In this document: positions 7,453 through 16,282 of the stretch, in pieces
Position numbering within the stretch: position 1 is the first letter of the stretch
Layout of the letters: every line of letters begins with the position of its first letter
Origin: Thermotogota bacterium
GTDB lineage: Bacteria > Bipolaricaulota > Bipolaricaulia > UBA7950 > UBA9294
NCBI GenBank assembly: GCA_039679545.1
Contig: JBDKUT010000068.1
Span: forward strand, 1-17,413
DNA length: 17,413 bases
Direction of reading: 5' to 3'
The notes under the pieces: generated by a model
Told to the model about the DNA's origin: nothing
Database searches by the model: none
What the model saw: only the letters and a program-made list of their open reading frames with translations
Made by a program: the position numbers and the translations under genes

Positions 7453-8796
7453 TCACGTTTCCGAGGACGTCTTCTCCCCCCTGGCGTCGTAGTCCGGCAC
7501 CAATCTGTCGAGGTTGCGGACAGCGGGGATGAAGAAGAGGACGACGAGGCAGGTAAGGCAGTAGAGGGCTCCGGCGAGGACGTACTGCAGGCCGAGCCCG
7601 GAGCCGGGCGACGTGCCGATCGCCCAGCCGAAGGCACGGGACATCCACGTGTCCGACACCATGGCGGGCTCGGTGACGAAGTCGGCGAGCGCGCCGGCGA
7701 GCACGGGCGTTACGGGAATCAGCGACCAGGAGATGAACCGGCGTGAGGAGAAGACCCGGCCTTGAAGGTCGGGGGGAACCTTCGACTGCCAGATGGCCTG
7801 AGCCGTGCTGTTCGTCAAGGCGGCCGCCACGGCGCCGAGGGCGGCCGTGGGGATCCAGAAAGCAAGGCCGCGCCCGAGCCCGAAAAGGAAGAAGCCGAGA
7901 AACCCGAAGAGGAACTCGCCGACGAAGACGTTGGCCATCCGGCGCTTGAACCCTCTCCACGCGCTCATCAAGAGACCGCCGGCGACGCCGCCCAAGGCCG
8001 CGGCCGACGTGACCGCGCCGAGCGACACGCTGTTGTTCCCTGTTCGCGCCAGGATGAACGGGGCGATCAGGCCGAACCCGGTCAGAAAGTTGAGCGTCAC
8101 GAAGAAGAGCTGAAGCCCGAGGAGGCTCTTTCGCTTGAAGATGTACTTGAAGCCAAAAATGGCCTCAGCGAGCAGGTGTCCTCGCGCGGCCTCACCCTCC
8201 GTCGAGCGTGGCGGCGTGGGGACCTCCACAGCAAGAAGCGTGCCGATGGCGAGGACGAACGTCGCCAGGTCGAGCACGAGGATGCCCGTGAGGCCGGCGA
8301 TCGGGTAGAGGGCGCCGGCAAGGAGCGGCGCGAGGACTCCGGGACCCGAGTCGACGAGCCCCATCATTCCGTTCGCCCGTTGGTATTGCTCCTTCGGCAC
8401 CATGGTCGTGATCGCCGCTGAGTAGGCGGGCCACTGGAACGTGTTTCCGAGTCCGATGAGGATGGACGTCAGGTAGAGGTGCCAGACGGTGAGACCGCCC
8501 GTCGCATGCAGAATGAGGACGGCGGTCGTCGCGGCCGCGGCGGCAAGGTCGCTCACCATCATCATGAGCTTGCGGTTGTAGCGGTCGACCATCGCTCCGG
8601 CGATCGGCGAGAGGAGAAGGAACGGGAGGAGGAAGGACGTCGAGATCACGCCGAGAGCCGTCGCGCTCCCCGTCGTCTCGTAGGCCCAGATGGTAAGTGC
8701 GAAGCTCGTCGCGCTGGACGCGAGGACGGAGACGAGCTGCCCGATCCAGACGAGTGTGAACCCTGCCAGGCCGCCGGGTCTACGTCGAGATGCCAT
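7453..8796 (-). CDS. MFS transporter, DHA3 / MefA-like (macrolide-efflux-like) family
   Basis: FTLVWIGQLVSVL, motif A GAMVDRYNRK, PAYSAAITTMVPKEQYQRANG and QSKVPPDLQGRVFS. SD AAGGAGG. Confidence 0.9.
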   Translation of the reverse strand: MASRRRPGGLAGFTLVWIGQLVSVLASSATSFALTIWAYETTGSATALGVISTSFLLPFLLLSPIAGAMVDRYNRKLMMMVSDLAAAAATTAVLILHATGGLTVWHLYLTSILIGLGNTFQWPAYSAAITTMVPKEQYQRANGMMGLVDSGPGVLAPLLAGALYPIAGLTGILVLDLATFVLAIGTLLAVEVPTPPRSTEGEAARGHLLAEAIFGFKYIFKRKSLLGLQLFFVTLNFLTGFGLIAPFILARTGNNSVSLGAVTSAAALGGVAGGLLMSAWRGFKRRMANVFVGEFLFGFLGFFLFGLGRGLAFWIPTAALGAVAAALTNSTAQAIWQSKVPPDLQGRVFSSRRFISWSLIPVTPVLAGALADFVTEPAMVSDTWMSRAFGWAIGTSPGSGLGLQYVLAGALYCLTCLVVLFFIPAVRNLDRLVPDYDARGEKTSSET

Positions 8797-8835
8797 TCCG
8801 CCCTCCTTTCGGGACGTTCCGCGCCGTCGGCGCGT

Positions 8836-8874
8836 TCACTCTGCGCCGAAGAAACGGAGACGAGTGAACGGCAA
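8836..8874 (-). other. Candidate leader peptide (uORF) MPFTRLRFFGAE of a translational attenuator
   Basis: TTG at 8874 to TGA at 8838-8836, 39 nt upstream of the MFS ATG. Contains RLR; its codons can pair with the MFS SD. The uORF's own SD (AGGCGG) is weak and closely spaced. Confidence 0.45.
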
Positions 8875-8944
8875 CCGCCGCCTGGTGGACCCGATTTTGT
8901 GCGTTTTCCGTCTCGGCGCCGTCGTCGAGCGAATGAGTTGAGCG

Positions 8945-9517
8945 CTAAAGAGGACACGCCTCCGGCGGGTACAGGGCGTCATTTCGAAATGAGACGAGAG
9001 CGAGGACGACAGCGTCCTCGTACAGCGCCGTTCGATCGATGGCTCCACCGGTCAGGAGACCGATCGCACCTACGTCGCGCTTCGAGTCCGTCCGGCCGAA
9101 CACGCGGTCGTCGGCCTCACCGAGTTCGACGCCCTGACGCACGAGGTCCGCGACGGCGTCAGGAAGAAAGAACGTCCCGGTACGAGCTCGTCCGACGCGG
9201 GCGGCCGAAAGGACGACAACCCAAGCGAACGCAGTGAGTCGGCCGCCGTGCTCCTCGACACCGCCCTCGATGCCCACCCAGAACGCCGCCTCGGGCGTGA
9301 GGGCTCGTGCGCCGCGCGCTCGTTCCTCCGCACCCGCGAGAGTCTCCGCATCGGAGAAGGGTTGCGAACCGACCCCCGACGGCACGGCCCTCGCCACAAT
9401 CTCGATCGCCTCGTTCGGAAGCCCCCGGCGGAAGCCCGAACGTGTGGCTTCCAGCTTGACCGGGTTCGTCGACGCGACGACCACTGTCTTGCTGAAGCCG
9501 CGAGGCATCGGACTCAC
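8945..9517 (-). CDS. yjjX: Inosine/xanthosine triphosphatase (non-canonical purine NTP phosphatase)
   Basis: VASTNPVK, VPSGVGSQP, ETLAGAEERA, VGIEGG and GAIGLLTGG...R motifs of the YjjX family. Exact start (GTG 9517 or ATG 9508) uncertain. Confidence 0.92.
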   Translation of the reverse strand: MSPMPRGFSKTVVVASTNPVKLEATRSGFRRGLPNEAIEIVARAVPSGVGSQPFSDAETLAGAEERARGARALTPEAAFWVGIEGGVEEHGGRLTAFAWVVVLSAARVGRARTGTFFLPDAVADLVRQGVELGEADDRVFGRTDSKRDVGAIGLLTGGAIDRTALYEDAVVLALVSFRNDALYPPEACPL

Positions 9518-9792
9518 GGGCAGCCGCCGTGCCGGGCGCCGTAGGGGCGCTTCCAGTAGCCGAACTCAGGTTCGTAGCAGGTTCCGTCGATCTCGGACAC
9601 CATCTCCTGCATCCGGGACTGTGCGTCGGCGACCGCGCGGTTGTAGATGGAAGGGCCGATCTCCTTCAGGATGAACTGAAGCAGAAGCGACGTCTTGAGA
9701 TCACCGATGTCGAGGTCGAGGGCCTCGGCGAAGTAGCGTTTGAGCGACGCAGCGACCTGCTCCTTCGTTTCTGGACTGAGTTCGATCGCCAT
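9514..9792 (-). CDS. DUF2164 family protein
   Basis: SLKRYFAEALDLDIGDL..LLLQFILKEIGPSIYNRAVADAQ pattern. Confidence 0.85.
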   Translation of the reverse strand: MAIELSPETKEQVAASLKRYFAEALDLDIGDLKTSLLLQFILKEIGPSIYNRAVADAQSRMQEMVSEIDGTCYEPEFGYWKRPYGARHGGCP

Positions 9793-9811
9793 CTGTCTCC
9801 GGGTCGAAGAC

Positions 9812-10093
9812 CTAGTCCGTGCGGTTCGTAATCTCGATCAGGTGGTATCCAAACTGGGTCTGAACGGGGCCATGGACGACGCCGACCGCGTCATGAAACG
9901 CGACGTGGTCGAACTCGGGCACCATCTGCCCGGGAGAGAACTCCCCGAGATCGCCCCCCGCAGTTCCGGAGGGACACTTGGAGTGCTCCGCCGCCAGTTC
10001 TGCGAAGTCCGCGCCGCCTTGAATCTGCCGTAAGAGATCCTCCGCCTCCTCGTAGCTGTCCACCAGGATGTGCCGTGCTGCGGCTCTTGCCAT
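9812..10093 (-). CDS. ppiC: Parvulin-type peptidyl-prolyl cis-trans isomerase
   Basis: ARHILV, FAELAAEHSKCPSG..GGDLGEF..GQMVPEFD and GPVQTQFGYHLI. 93 aa from ATG 10093 with SD GGAGG. Confidence 0.95.
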   Translation of the reverse strand: MARAAARHILVDSYEEAEDLLRQIQGGADFAELAAEHSKCPSGTAGGDLGEFSPGQMVPEFDHVAFHDAVGVVHGPVQTQFGYHLIEITNRTD

Positions 10094-10323
10094 TCGGTTT
10101 CCTCCGTCTGTTCGTGGTTTTGCGCTTCTGTCCGACACCCGGTTCGATGCGTGATGATAGCGGGTCTCTCGGCGAGGACCAGGGGACTCGCGCGCCGGCT
10201 TCCGAGCAGGTCATTCGTCCGGCCTCGCCGCGCCCTCCGGGAATCGCCGCCTTCGGAAGAGCGGGCGCGGCTGACGGAATCTCGTAGAATCTCGACCGAT
10301 ACGGCTGGGCGGGGAGGGGTATC

Positions 10324-11103
10324 GTGCGAGATCGGGGAGTCTACGCGTCCGCTGTCTTCGTTGTTTCAGTCGTCGTCATGGGGCTTCGAGCGGTGGCATT
10401 GCCGCCGCCCGACGTGTCGGGATTATGGGTCTTGGTCGAGGTGATGCCCGCCGTGATCGACCTGCCAATCGTCGGGCCGGTCGAGATGACAACGATTACG
10501 GCTCTCCTCGTTCGTATCGAGCAGGTGGGAAACGAACTCACGCTCGAGCGAACCTACTGCTTCCAGGAGGTCCGGACGGCGCCTCCCCTCGTCACGACCG
10601 TCATCCCCGATCGCTTCGTAGCCTCGCTGGGCTCAAGTTTCGTGAAGGCTTGGCTGGAGGAGACCCCCGAAGGCTGGCGGTTCGTCCAACCGCTGTGCGT
10701 CGACGTCCGCGGTGCGTGCCTCGCTGATCCTGAGCATGAGGGTCTTCCGACAGAGGCGGCTGATCCTCGCGTCGTGGACCAGGACGGGGACGGCCACCCC
10801 GGCCTCACGATTCATGTGGCGCTCGCCGGGCTCTTGGGGGGAGACGCCTACGTCGTGAATCGAACATGCACGGCTCTCGAAGGATGGGTGCTCGAGGATG
10901 GATCCATCTACGGCGCGATCCAATGGTCCAGCGAGCAGAACGTGATCGCCGCGCGCGATCCTCTCCTCCTCGCGTCCTACGTCTACACCCTGGATCCCGA
11001 TCCGACAAAACACTTCTTCATCCTCCGCCGAATCTCCGAGTCCGAACCCTGCCGCGCAATCCGCGACAGCCTCGCGAACCTGCTTGGCCTGCCGCCCGGA
11101 TAA
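10324..11103 (+). CDS. Hypothetical secreted protein with Dx[DN]xDG-like loop
   Basis: GTG start after GGGAGG, N-terminal hydrophobic signal-like segment, DQDGDGHPG motif, beta-rich pattern. Confidence 0.7.
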   Translation: MRDRGVYASAVFVVSVVVMGLRAVALPPPDVSGLWVLVEVMPAVIDLPIVGPVEMTTITALLVRIEQVGNELTLERTYCFQEVRTAPPLVTTVIPDRFVASLGSSFVKAWLEETPEGWRFVQPLCVDVRGACLADPEHEGLPTEAADPRVVDQDGDGHPGLTIHVALAGLLGGDAYVVNRTCTALEGWVLEDGSIYGAIQWSSEQNVIAARDPLLLASYVYTLDPDPTKHFFILRRISESEPCRAIRDSLANLLGLPPG

Positions 11104-11180
11104 GTCCACGGCGCCGTTTGGTTTGTTCGGATAGCCGTTGCTACTCTGGGACGGCTCTCGAGCAGCGAACGGAGGCGCTC

Positions 11181-11750
11181 ATGAAGATCGTTTGGGGGTT
11201 CCTCGGGCTGATCACTCTGGCGGCCATCGGGTTCGTGGGGGTCTTGCAGACGTCGCCCTCACCGATCACCCACGTTGATGTGAGCCGGTACATGGGATTC
11301 TGGTACGCGATTGCGCACATTCCGACGTCGTTCGAACGCGCCTGCGCTCAGGGGACCACGGCGCACTACCAGCTCCTGCCGAACGGCCGTGTCGTCGTCA
11401 CAAACACGTGCTACCGCGAGGACGGGACACCGAGCCGTGTCGTTGGGGAAGCGTGGATCCCGAATCCCGCAGAACCGGGCAAGCTTAAGGTCAGCTTCGT
11501 CAAGTTCCTCGGCCTGTGGCTCTTCCCGGGGGACTACTGGATCCTCGACCTCGCCCCCGACTACAGCTACGCCGTGGTGGGGCACCCGCAGCTTCGGTAC
11601 GGATGGATTCTCTCCCGCACGTCCACCCTCCCGAGCGACGTCCTCGCCGGAATCTACAGCCGGCTCGAGGCGGCCGGCTACTCCCGCACGGCATTCCAGC
11701 CGATCGATCAGACGATGCACCTCTCGAAGGCGCTTCGGTCTGGCGGCTGA
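11181..11750 (+). CDS. Lipocalin family protein (Blc-like)
   Basis: DVSRYMGFWYAIAHIP (GxW), GKLKVSF, DYWILDLAPDYSYAVVG and WILSR. SD GGAGG before ATG 11181. Confidence 0.92.
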   Translation: MKIVWGFLGLITLAAIGFVGVLQTSPSPITHVDVSRYMGFWYAIAHIPTSFERACAQGTTAHYQLLPNGRVVVTNTCYREDGTPSRVVGEAWIPNPAEPGKLKVSFVKFLGLWLFPGDYWILDLAPDYSYAVVGHPQLRYGWILSRTSTLPSDVLAGIYSRLEAAGYSRTAFQPIDQTMHLSKALRSGG

Positions 11751-11840
11751 TGGCCGCGGCAATGCGGGCTGCTTGCCGTTGCGGGACCCGCGCCTCGGCG
11801 GTACCGTAGGGCGTTGGTTTCCGAACGGAGGGCTGCCGAC

Positions 11841-12620
11841 ATGAAGCTGCTCGAAGGGAAGCGCGGTCTCGTCTTCGGCGTCGCCAACGAGCGGAGCATC
11901 GCGTGGCACATCGCGCGGAACGCCGCGGAGCACGGTGCGACGTGCGGGTTCCCGCACCTCCCGGGCGAGAAGATGCAACGGAGGGTCGAGAAGGCGCTCG
12001 AGGACGGAGGATTCGCCCAGCCGTGGCTCCACCCGTGCGACGTCTCGAGTGACGCCGACCTCGATCGGCTGTTCGCGGCGTTCGCCGCCGACTTCGAGAC
12101 GCTCGATTTCGTCGTCCATTCCATCGCCTACGCCGACCGCGCGTACCTCCAGCCGGGAACCTTCGCGGACACGCCTCGCGAAGTCTTCGCGCAGGCGCTT
12201 GACATCTCCGCGTACTCGCTCGTTGCGATCGCCCGACGCGCGAAGCCCCTGATGAGAAACGGCGGGGCGATCCTCACGCTTTCGTACTACGGCGCCGAGA
12301 AGGCCGCACTCGGGTACAACGTCATGGGGGTCGCCAAGTCGGCGCTCGAGTCATGTGTTCGTTACCTGGCAGCCGACCTCGGCGGGCTGGGGATCCGCGT
12401 CAACAGCCTGTCCGCTGGACCGTGCCGAACCCTGTCCGCCATGGCCGTCGGAGGGTTTGACCAGATCCTCGACAAGGTCGCCGAATCCGCCCCTCTGCGG
12501 CGGAACATCGAGACCGACGAGGTCGGCAAGGCCGCCGTGTACTTGTTGTCGGACCTCTCCTCCGGCGTGACCGGCGAGACCCACCACGTCGACGCCGGCT
12601 ACAACGCGATCGTGACGTGA
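11841..12620 (+). CDS. fabI: Enoyl-ACP reductase (NADH)
   Basis: GVANERSIAW, DFVVHSIAYA, DISAYSL, YNVMGVAKSALE (Y-x6-K), RVNSLSAGP and HVDAGY. Confidence 0.96.
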   Translation: MKLLEGKRGLVFGVANERSIAWHIARNAAEHGATCGFPHLPGEKMQRRVEKALEDGGFAQPWLHPCDVSSDADLDRLFAAFAADFETLDFVVHSIAYADRAYLQPGTFADTPREVFAQALDISAYSLVAIARRAKPLMRNGGAILTLSYYGAEKAALGYNVMGVAKSALESCVRYLAADLGGLGIRVNSLSAGPCRTLSAMAVGGFDQILDKVAESAPLRRNIETDEVGKAAVYLLSDLSSGVTGETHHVDAGYNAIVT

Positions 12621-13366
12621 CCGCAGCGCCCCTCCCCGACCACGTCGTCCGCGAGAGCGCCCGAGCGAAACACGTCCACCTACGAGTCTCAGCTCGCGCC
12701 GGGCTCGAGGTCGTCGTCCCCATCGGGTTCGACCGACGGCACGTGCCCACCCTCTTGCGCGAGAAGGCGGCGTGGATCGCTAGGGCGCTCTTGGAGGTGG
12801 ATCGGGCGCGAGAACTGGCTCTCCTGGACTCGGCGGAGGAGCCGCCAGAACGAATCGTCCTTCGGGCGATCGGCGAGACCTGGACTGTCGATCTGGGGAG
12901 CGTCGAGCGTGCCTCAGTCTCCGTCCGGGAGTGCGGCGACGGACGTCTCTACATCGAAGGCCGGGTCGACGATCCCCCGACGTGGCGCCCGGCCCTCCGG
13001 CGCTGGGTCATGCGGAAGGCGCGGCGCCATCTCGTTCCGTGGCTCGAATCCGAGGCCGCGGCGCTGGGCGTCCGTGTCGAGCGAGTCTCGATCCGTTCTC
13101 CGAAGAGCCGCTGGGGAAGCTTCTCGCAGGGCGGGACCGTCTCGCTCAACGCGCAGCTTCTCTTCCTGCCGCCGGAGCTCGTCCGCTACGTGCTCGTCCA
13201 CGAGCTCTGCCACGCGACGCACCCTGACCACTCGCCGCGGTTCTGGAGGCTCGTGGAACGACGCGTTCCGGACGCTCAGGCGCTCCGATCCACGCTGCGC
13301 GACGGGTGGCAGCTCGTCCCGGACTGGATGCACGACTCGGCGAGCGGGTCCGATCGACCGGACTAG
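12617..13366 (+). CDS. YgjP-like / M48 (DUF45) zinc metallohydrolase
   Basis: KSRWGS, YVLVHELCH (HExxH) and HSPRFW. GTGA overlap with fabI. Confidence 0.9.
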   Translation: MTAAPLPDHVVRESARAKHVHLRVSARAGLEVVVPIGFDRRHVPTLLREKAAWIARALLEVDRARELALLDSAEEPPERIVLRAIGETWTVDLGSVERASVSVRECGDGRLYIEGRVDDPPTWRPALRRWVMRKARRHLVPWLESEAAALGVRVERVSIRSPKSRWGSFSQGGTVSLNAQLLFLPPELVRYVLVHELCHATHPDHSPRFWRLVERRVPDAQALRSTLRDGWQLVPDWMHDSASGSDRPD

Positions 13367-14358
13367 CGTTTGGAAAGATCCGTGCCGGGACGAAGTTCTT
13401 TCTCGTAGACGAGCTGCGTTCGGATCGTGCGCATTCCGGCGCGTTCGTAGAGGCGCACGGCGCCGGTAAGGTTCTCGGAGTCGACGAGCACCTCGGCCGA
13501 CGCGCAACCCCGCTCGTAGAATTCGTGGAGCGCGCGGGCCAGGAGCGCGGAGCCGAGCCCTCGGCCCCGCCAAGCCGGGCGAACCCCGAGGCTTCCCACG
13601 ACGCCGCGTGTCCGGTCGAGGGGGATGTGGGGGCGGCAGAGGGCGAAACCGGCGATCGATCCTTCCGCGACCGCCAGGTGGCACAGCGAGGCGTCGAACG
13701 CGTCGCCCTGCCACTCGATCCACTCGCGCTGCTCCCGGATCTCCTCTTCGAGCGGCCTCGCCACGAAGCCCCAGTGGTCGCGAAACACCTCGAGGCTTGC
13801 TTCGGCGAGAGCGGGGAGGTCTTCGCGGGGGTCGAAGGTTCGCCGATCGACTCCGTTGGGCCACCGCAGAGGAGGAGGAGGCGGTGGGAAGTCGATGCGC
13901 AGTCGCCGCATCGTGCGGGCCGGCTTCGCTCCGTGGCGCTCGAGGGCGCATCGCTTGGCTTCATCGTTCTCGAACGCGTAGACCGCCAGGACGACGCGCG
14001 CCTCGGCGGGGGCCTTGTCGACGAATGCCGCCGCGCGGGCGACGATCCAGGCGAAGAGGAGGTCCCACGCCTGCGGATCTCTCGACGCACTCGGGGCTAC
14101 GTCGAGCGAGCCCATGACGTTCACGTACGGCTCGCCGGGGTCTTCGACGTCGGCCCAGCCGACCACGCGGCCGGTCGAATCGGCGAGAGCGCGGCCGTCT
14201 CGGCCGAGGTCCGTTTCGGGCTTGGTCATCCAGGTCCGAACCCGCTCTTCGGTCGTCTGATCCTCGCCGACGATCTGGCGCCACCGTTCGTTCACGAGCC
14301 TGGCAATCGCCGCCGCGTCGGAAAGCTCAGCCGGACGCGTGATCCATCGAGATGCCAT
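13363..14358 (-). CDS. Tandem GNAT N-acetyltransferase (MshD-like two-domain architecture)
   Basis: C-terminal motif A LGVRPAWRGRGLGSALL and VDSENLTGAVRLYERAGM, with a degenerate N-terminal GNAT domain. Start taken at ATG 14358. Confidence 0.88.
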   Translation of the reverse strand: MASRWITRPAELSDAAAIARLVNERWRQIVGEDQTTEERVRTWMTKPETDLGRDGRALADSTGRVVGWADVEDPGEPYVNVMGSLDVAPSASRDPQAWDLLFAWIVARAAAFVDKAPAEARVVLAVYAFENDEAKRCALERHGAKPARTMRRLRIDFPPPPPPLRWPNGVDRRTFDPREDLPALAEASLEVFRDHWGFVARPLEEEIREQREWIEWQGDAFDASLCHLAVAEGSIAGFALCRPHIPLDRTRGVVGSLGVRPAWRGRGLGSALLARALHEFYERGCASAEVLVDSENLTGAVRLYERAGMRTIRTQLVYEKELRPGTDLSKR

Positions 14359-14489
14359 AGGATTGTCCTTCTCCCTGCGGGTCTGTGGAACAGCGAGTGT
14401 ACCGCCGGGGATGCCGAGGGCTCCAGCCACTAGCATCGATCCCCCTCGACCAAGTACCGTTGACGGACTGCCCCAACCGAGGAGGGTTC

Positions 14490-15674
14490 ATGGATCACGT
14501 GCTCGACTGCTCGGGGTACGAGATCGTCAAGACGGACATCGTCCGCGCCCAGGGGGCGTACCTGTTCGACGCTGTGGGAGACCGCTACGTCGACTTCGAG
14601 TCCGGCGTCTGGTGCACGGCTCTCGGACACAATCACCCCGTGGTTCGTGACGCGACACTGGCCCAGCTCGGGCGGGTCAGCCATCTGGGGTACCGCGTCG
14701 AGAGCGCACTGGCCGAGGACGCCGCCGTGACCGTCCTCAGCACGCTTCCGCTCTCCGACGGGAAGTGCCTCTTCCTTGCGTCGGGGAGCGAGGCGGTCGA
14801 GCTCGCCGTCCAGATCGCGCACGGACTGACGGAGAAGCCCTTCCTCCTTTCTCTCTCCGACTCGTATCTCGCCGCGTACGGCTCGGCCGCGAAGCGCGAT
14901 CTTTCGGAGTGGTACCTCTTCGACTGGCGGGAGTGCGTCGGTTGCGCCGATGCCGACGAGTGCTCCGCCGAGTGCCCGCGAGTCCGTGCTGTGCCGTTCG
15001 ACCGGATGGGTGGGTTCGTCCTCGAGCCGGGGAATGCCGGGGGAACGGTCCATCTCCCACCGAGCGGGCTGATCCGAACGCTCTCGTGCCGAGTTCGGGA
15101 GCACGGAGGCCTGATCGTTGTCGATGAGGTGACGACCGGCCTCGGCCGGACCGGTCTGTGGTACGGCTTCGAGCACTACGGGATCTCGCCCGACCTGGTC
15201 GCCCTCGGCAAGGGACTTGGAAACGGGTATCCCGTAAGCTGCGTCGCGATGACGAGAGCGATCGGCGCACGCCTCGAGCGCGAGCGGTTCCACTACGCCC
15301 AGTCGCACCAGGACGACCCGCTTGGCTGCGTCATCGCGAAGACGGTGATCGACACGCTGCGGCGCAAGAGTTTGATCGAGCGCGGCGCCCGGATGGGCAA
15401 GGTTCTTCTTGACGGTCTGCGGTCGGTTGCCCGGTCCCACACCGCCGTCACGGACGTGCGCGGTCGCGGGCTGATGGTTGTGCTCGAGGTCGACGGGACG
15501 GGAAAGAAGGACGTCGTGACACCCCTCTTCCGGAGGCTTCTCGACAGGGGATTCCTCGTCGGATGCAAGCCGGCGGCGAGCCTTCTTCGCTTCTACCCGC
15601 CGCTCGTCATCTCGGAGGACGACATCAACGGGCTGCTCAACGCCATCGCCGAGGTTCTGGAGGATGCGACGTGA
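14490..15674 (+). CDS. Class-III PLP-dependent aminotransferase (atypical)
   Basis: GAYLFDAVGDRYVD, LGHNHP, SGSEAVE, VDEVTTGLGRTG, PLP lysine in LGKGLGNG and VRGRGLM. SD GAGGAGG before ATG 14490. Confidence 0.92.
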   Translation: MDHVLDCSGYEIVKTDIVRAQGAYLFDAVGDRYVDFESGVWCTALGHNHPVVRDATLAQLGRVSHLGYRVESALAEDAAVTVLSTLPLSDGKCLFLASGSEAVELAVQIAHGLTEKPFLLSLSDSYLAAYGSAAKRDLSEWYLFDWRECVGCADADECSAECPRVRAVPFDRMGGFVLEPGNAGGTVHLPPSGLIRTLSCRVREHGGLIVVDEVTTGLGRTGLWYGFEHYGISPDLVALGKGLGNGYPVSCVAMTRAIGARLERERFHYAQSHQDDPLGCVIAKTVIDTLRRKSLIERGARMGKVLLDGLRSVARSHTAVTDVRGRGLMVVLEVDGTGKKDVVTPLFRRLLDRGFLVGCKPAASLLRFYPPLVISEDDINGLLNAIAEVLEDAT

Positions 15675-16282
15675 GGATCTTCTCGATCGTCGCCGTCACC
15701 GCTACCAACCTCTTCATCGGCGTCTCCTATTGGCGGCTCCTGCGCGCCCGCCGAATCCAACCCGCCCTTGCGATGTGGGTCTTCTTCACGATCGCTGTCG
15801 TGGGGAGCCTCGTCACGTACCTGGCCGAGGGCTCCTACAGCCTTCTCGACAACATCCTGAACACAACCGACGTCGTGATGGTCGGATCCGTCACGGTTCT
15901 GATTTTGATCTACGGCGATCGAACGACGCGTTTCACCCGGTTCGATCTCGGGTGCCTGATCGCCGTGCTTGGGATCGTCGGGTTCTGGGCCGCGACGCGA
16001 CAACACGCCGTCTCTCACCTCCTGATTCAGGGGATCCTCCTCATCGGCTACTTCCCGGTGGTTCGACGGCTGCTCAAATCCTCGCAGAACACCGAGTCCT
16101 TCGCTATCTGGATCGCCATGTTCCTCGCCCCGGCGTTCGGCCTCCTGTCAAGCAAGGGGTGGCTCGCCACCGTCTACTCCGTCCGTAACCTCTGTTGCAC
16201 AGCCGCGCTTCTCGCGCTCATGGCGTGGGTCGAGTGGAAGGCGCGCCGTGCGCAGCGATCGACCGAGGAGGATGCGGGATGA
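15671..16282 (+). CDS. Hypothetical membrane protein (about 7 TM, PQ-loop-like repeat)
   Basis: GTG 15671 overlaps the upstream stop and its own stop overlaps the downstream ATG. Hydrophobic helices with two similar units (Y..LLR..RIQP...MW and YFPVVRRLLK...TES...W). Confidence 0.75.
   Translation: MRIFSIVAVTATNLFIGVSYWRLLRARRIQPALAMWVFFTIAVVGSLVTYLAEGSYSLLDNILNTTDVVMVGSVTVLILIYGDRTTRFTRFDLGCLIAVLGIVGFWAATRQHAVSHLLIQGILLIGYFPVVRRLLKSSQNTESFAIWIAMFLAPAFGLLSSKGWLATVYSVRNLCCTAALLALMAWVEWKARRAQRSTEEDAG

Noticed and set aside
8785..8796. Identical first 12 nt (ATGGCATCTCGA, MASR) in the MFS gene and the GNAT gene (14347-14358)
   Set aside because: Short match with no flanking similarity; probably coincidence or N-terminal codon bias.
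13363..14358. Mycothiol synthase (mshD) call
   Set aside because: Only the generic tandem-GNAT architecture is evident, and no msh genes are in the window.
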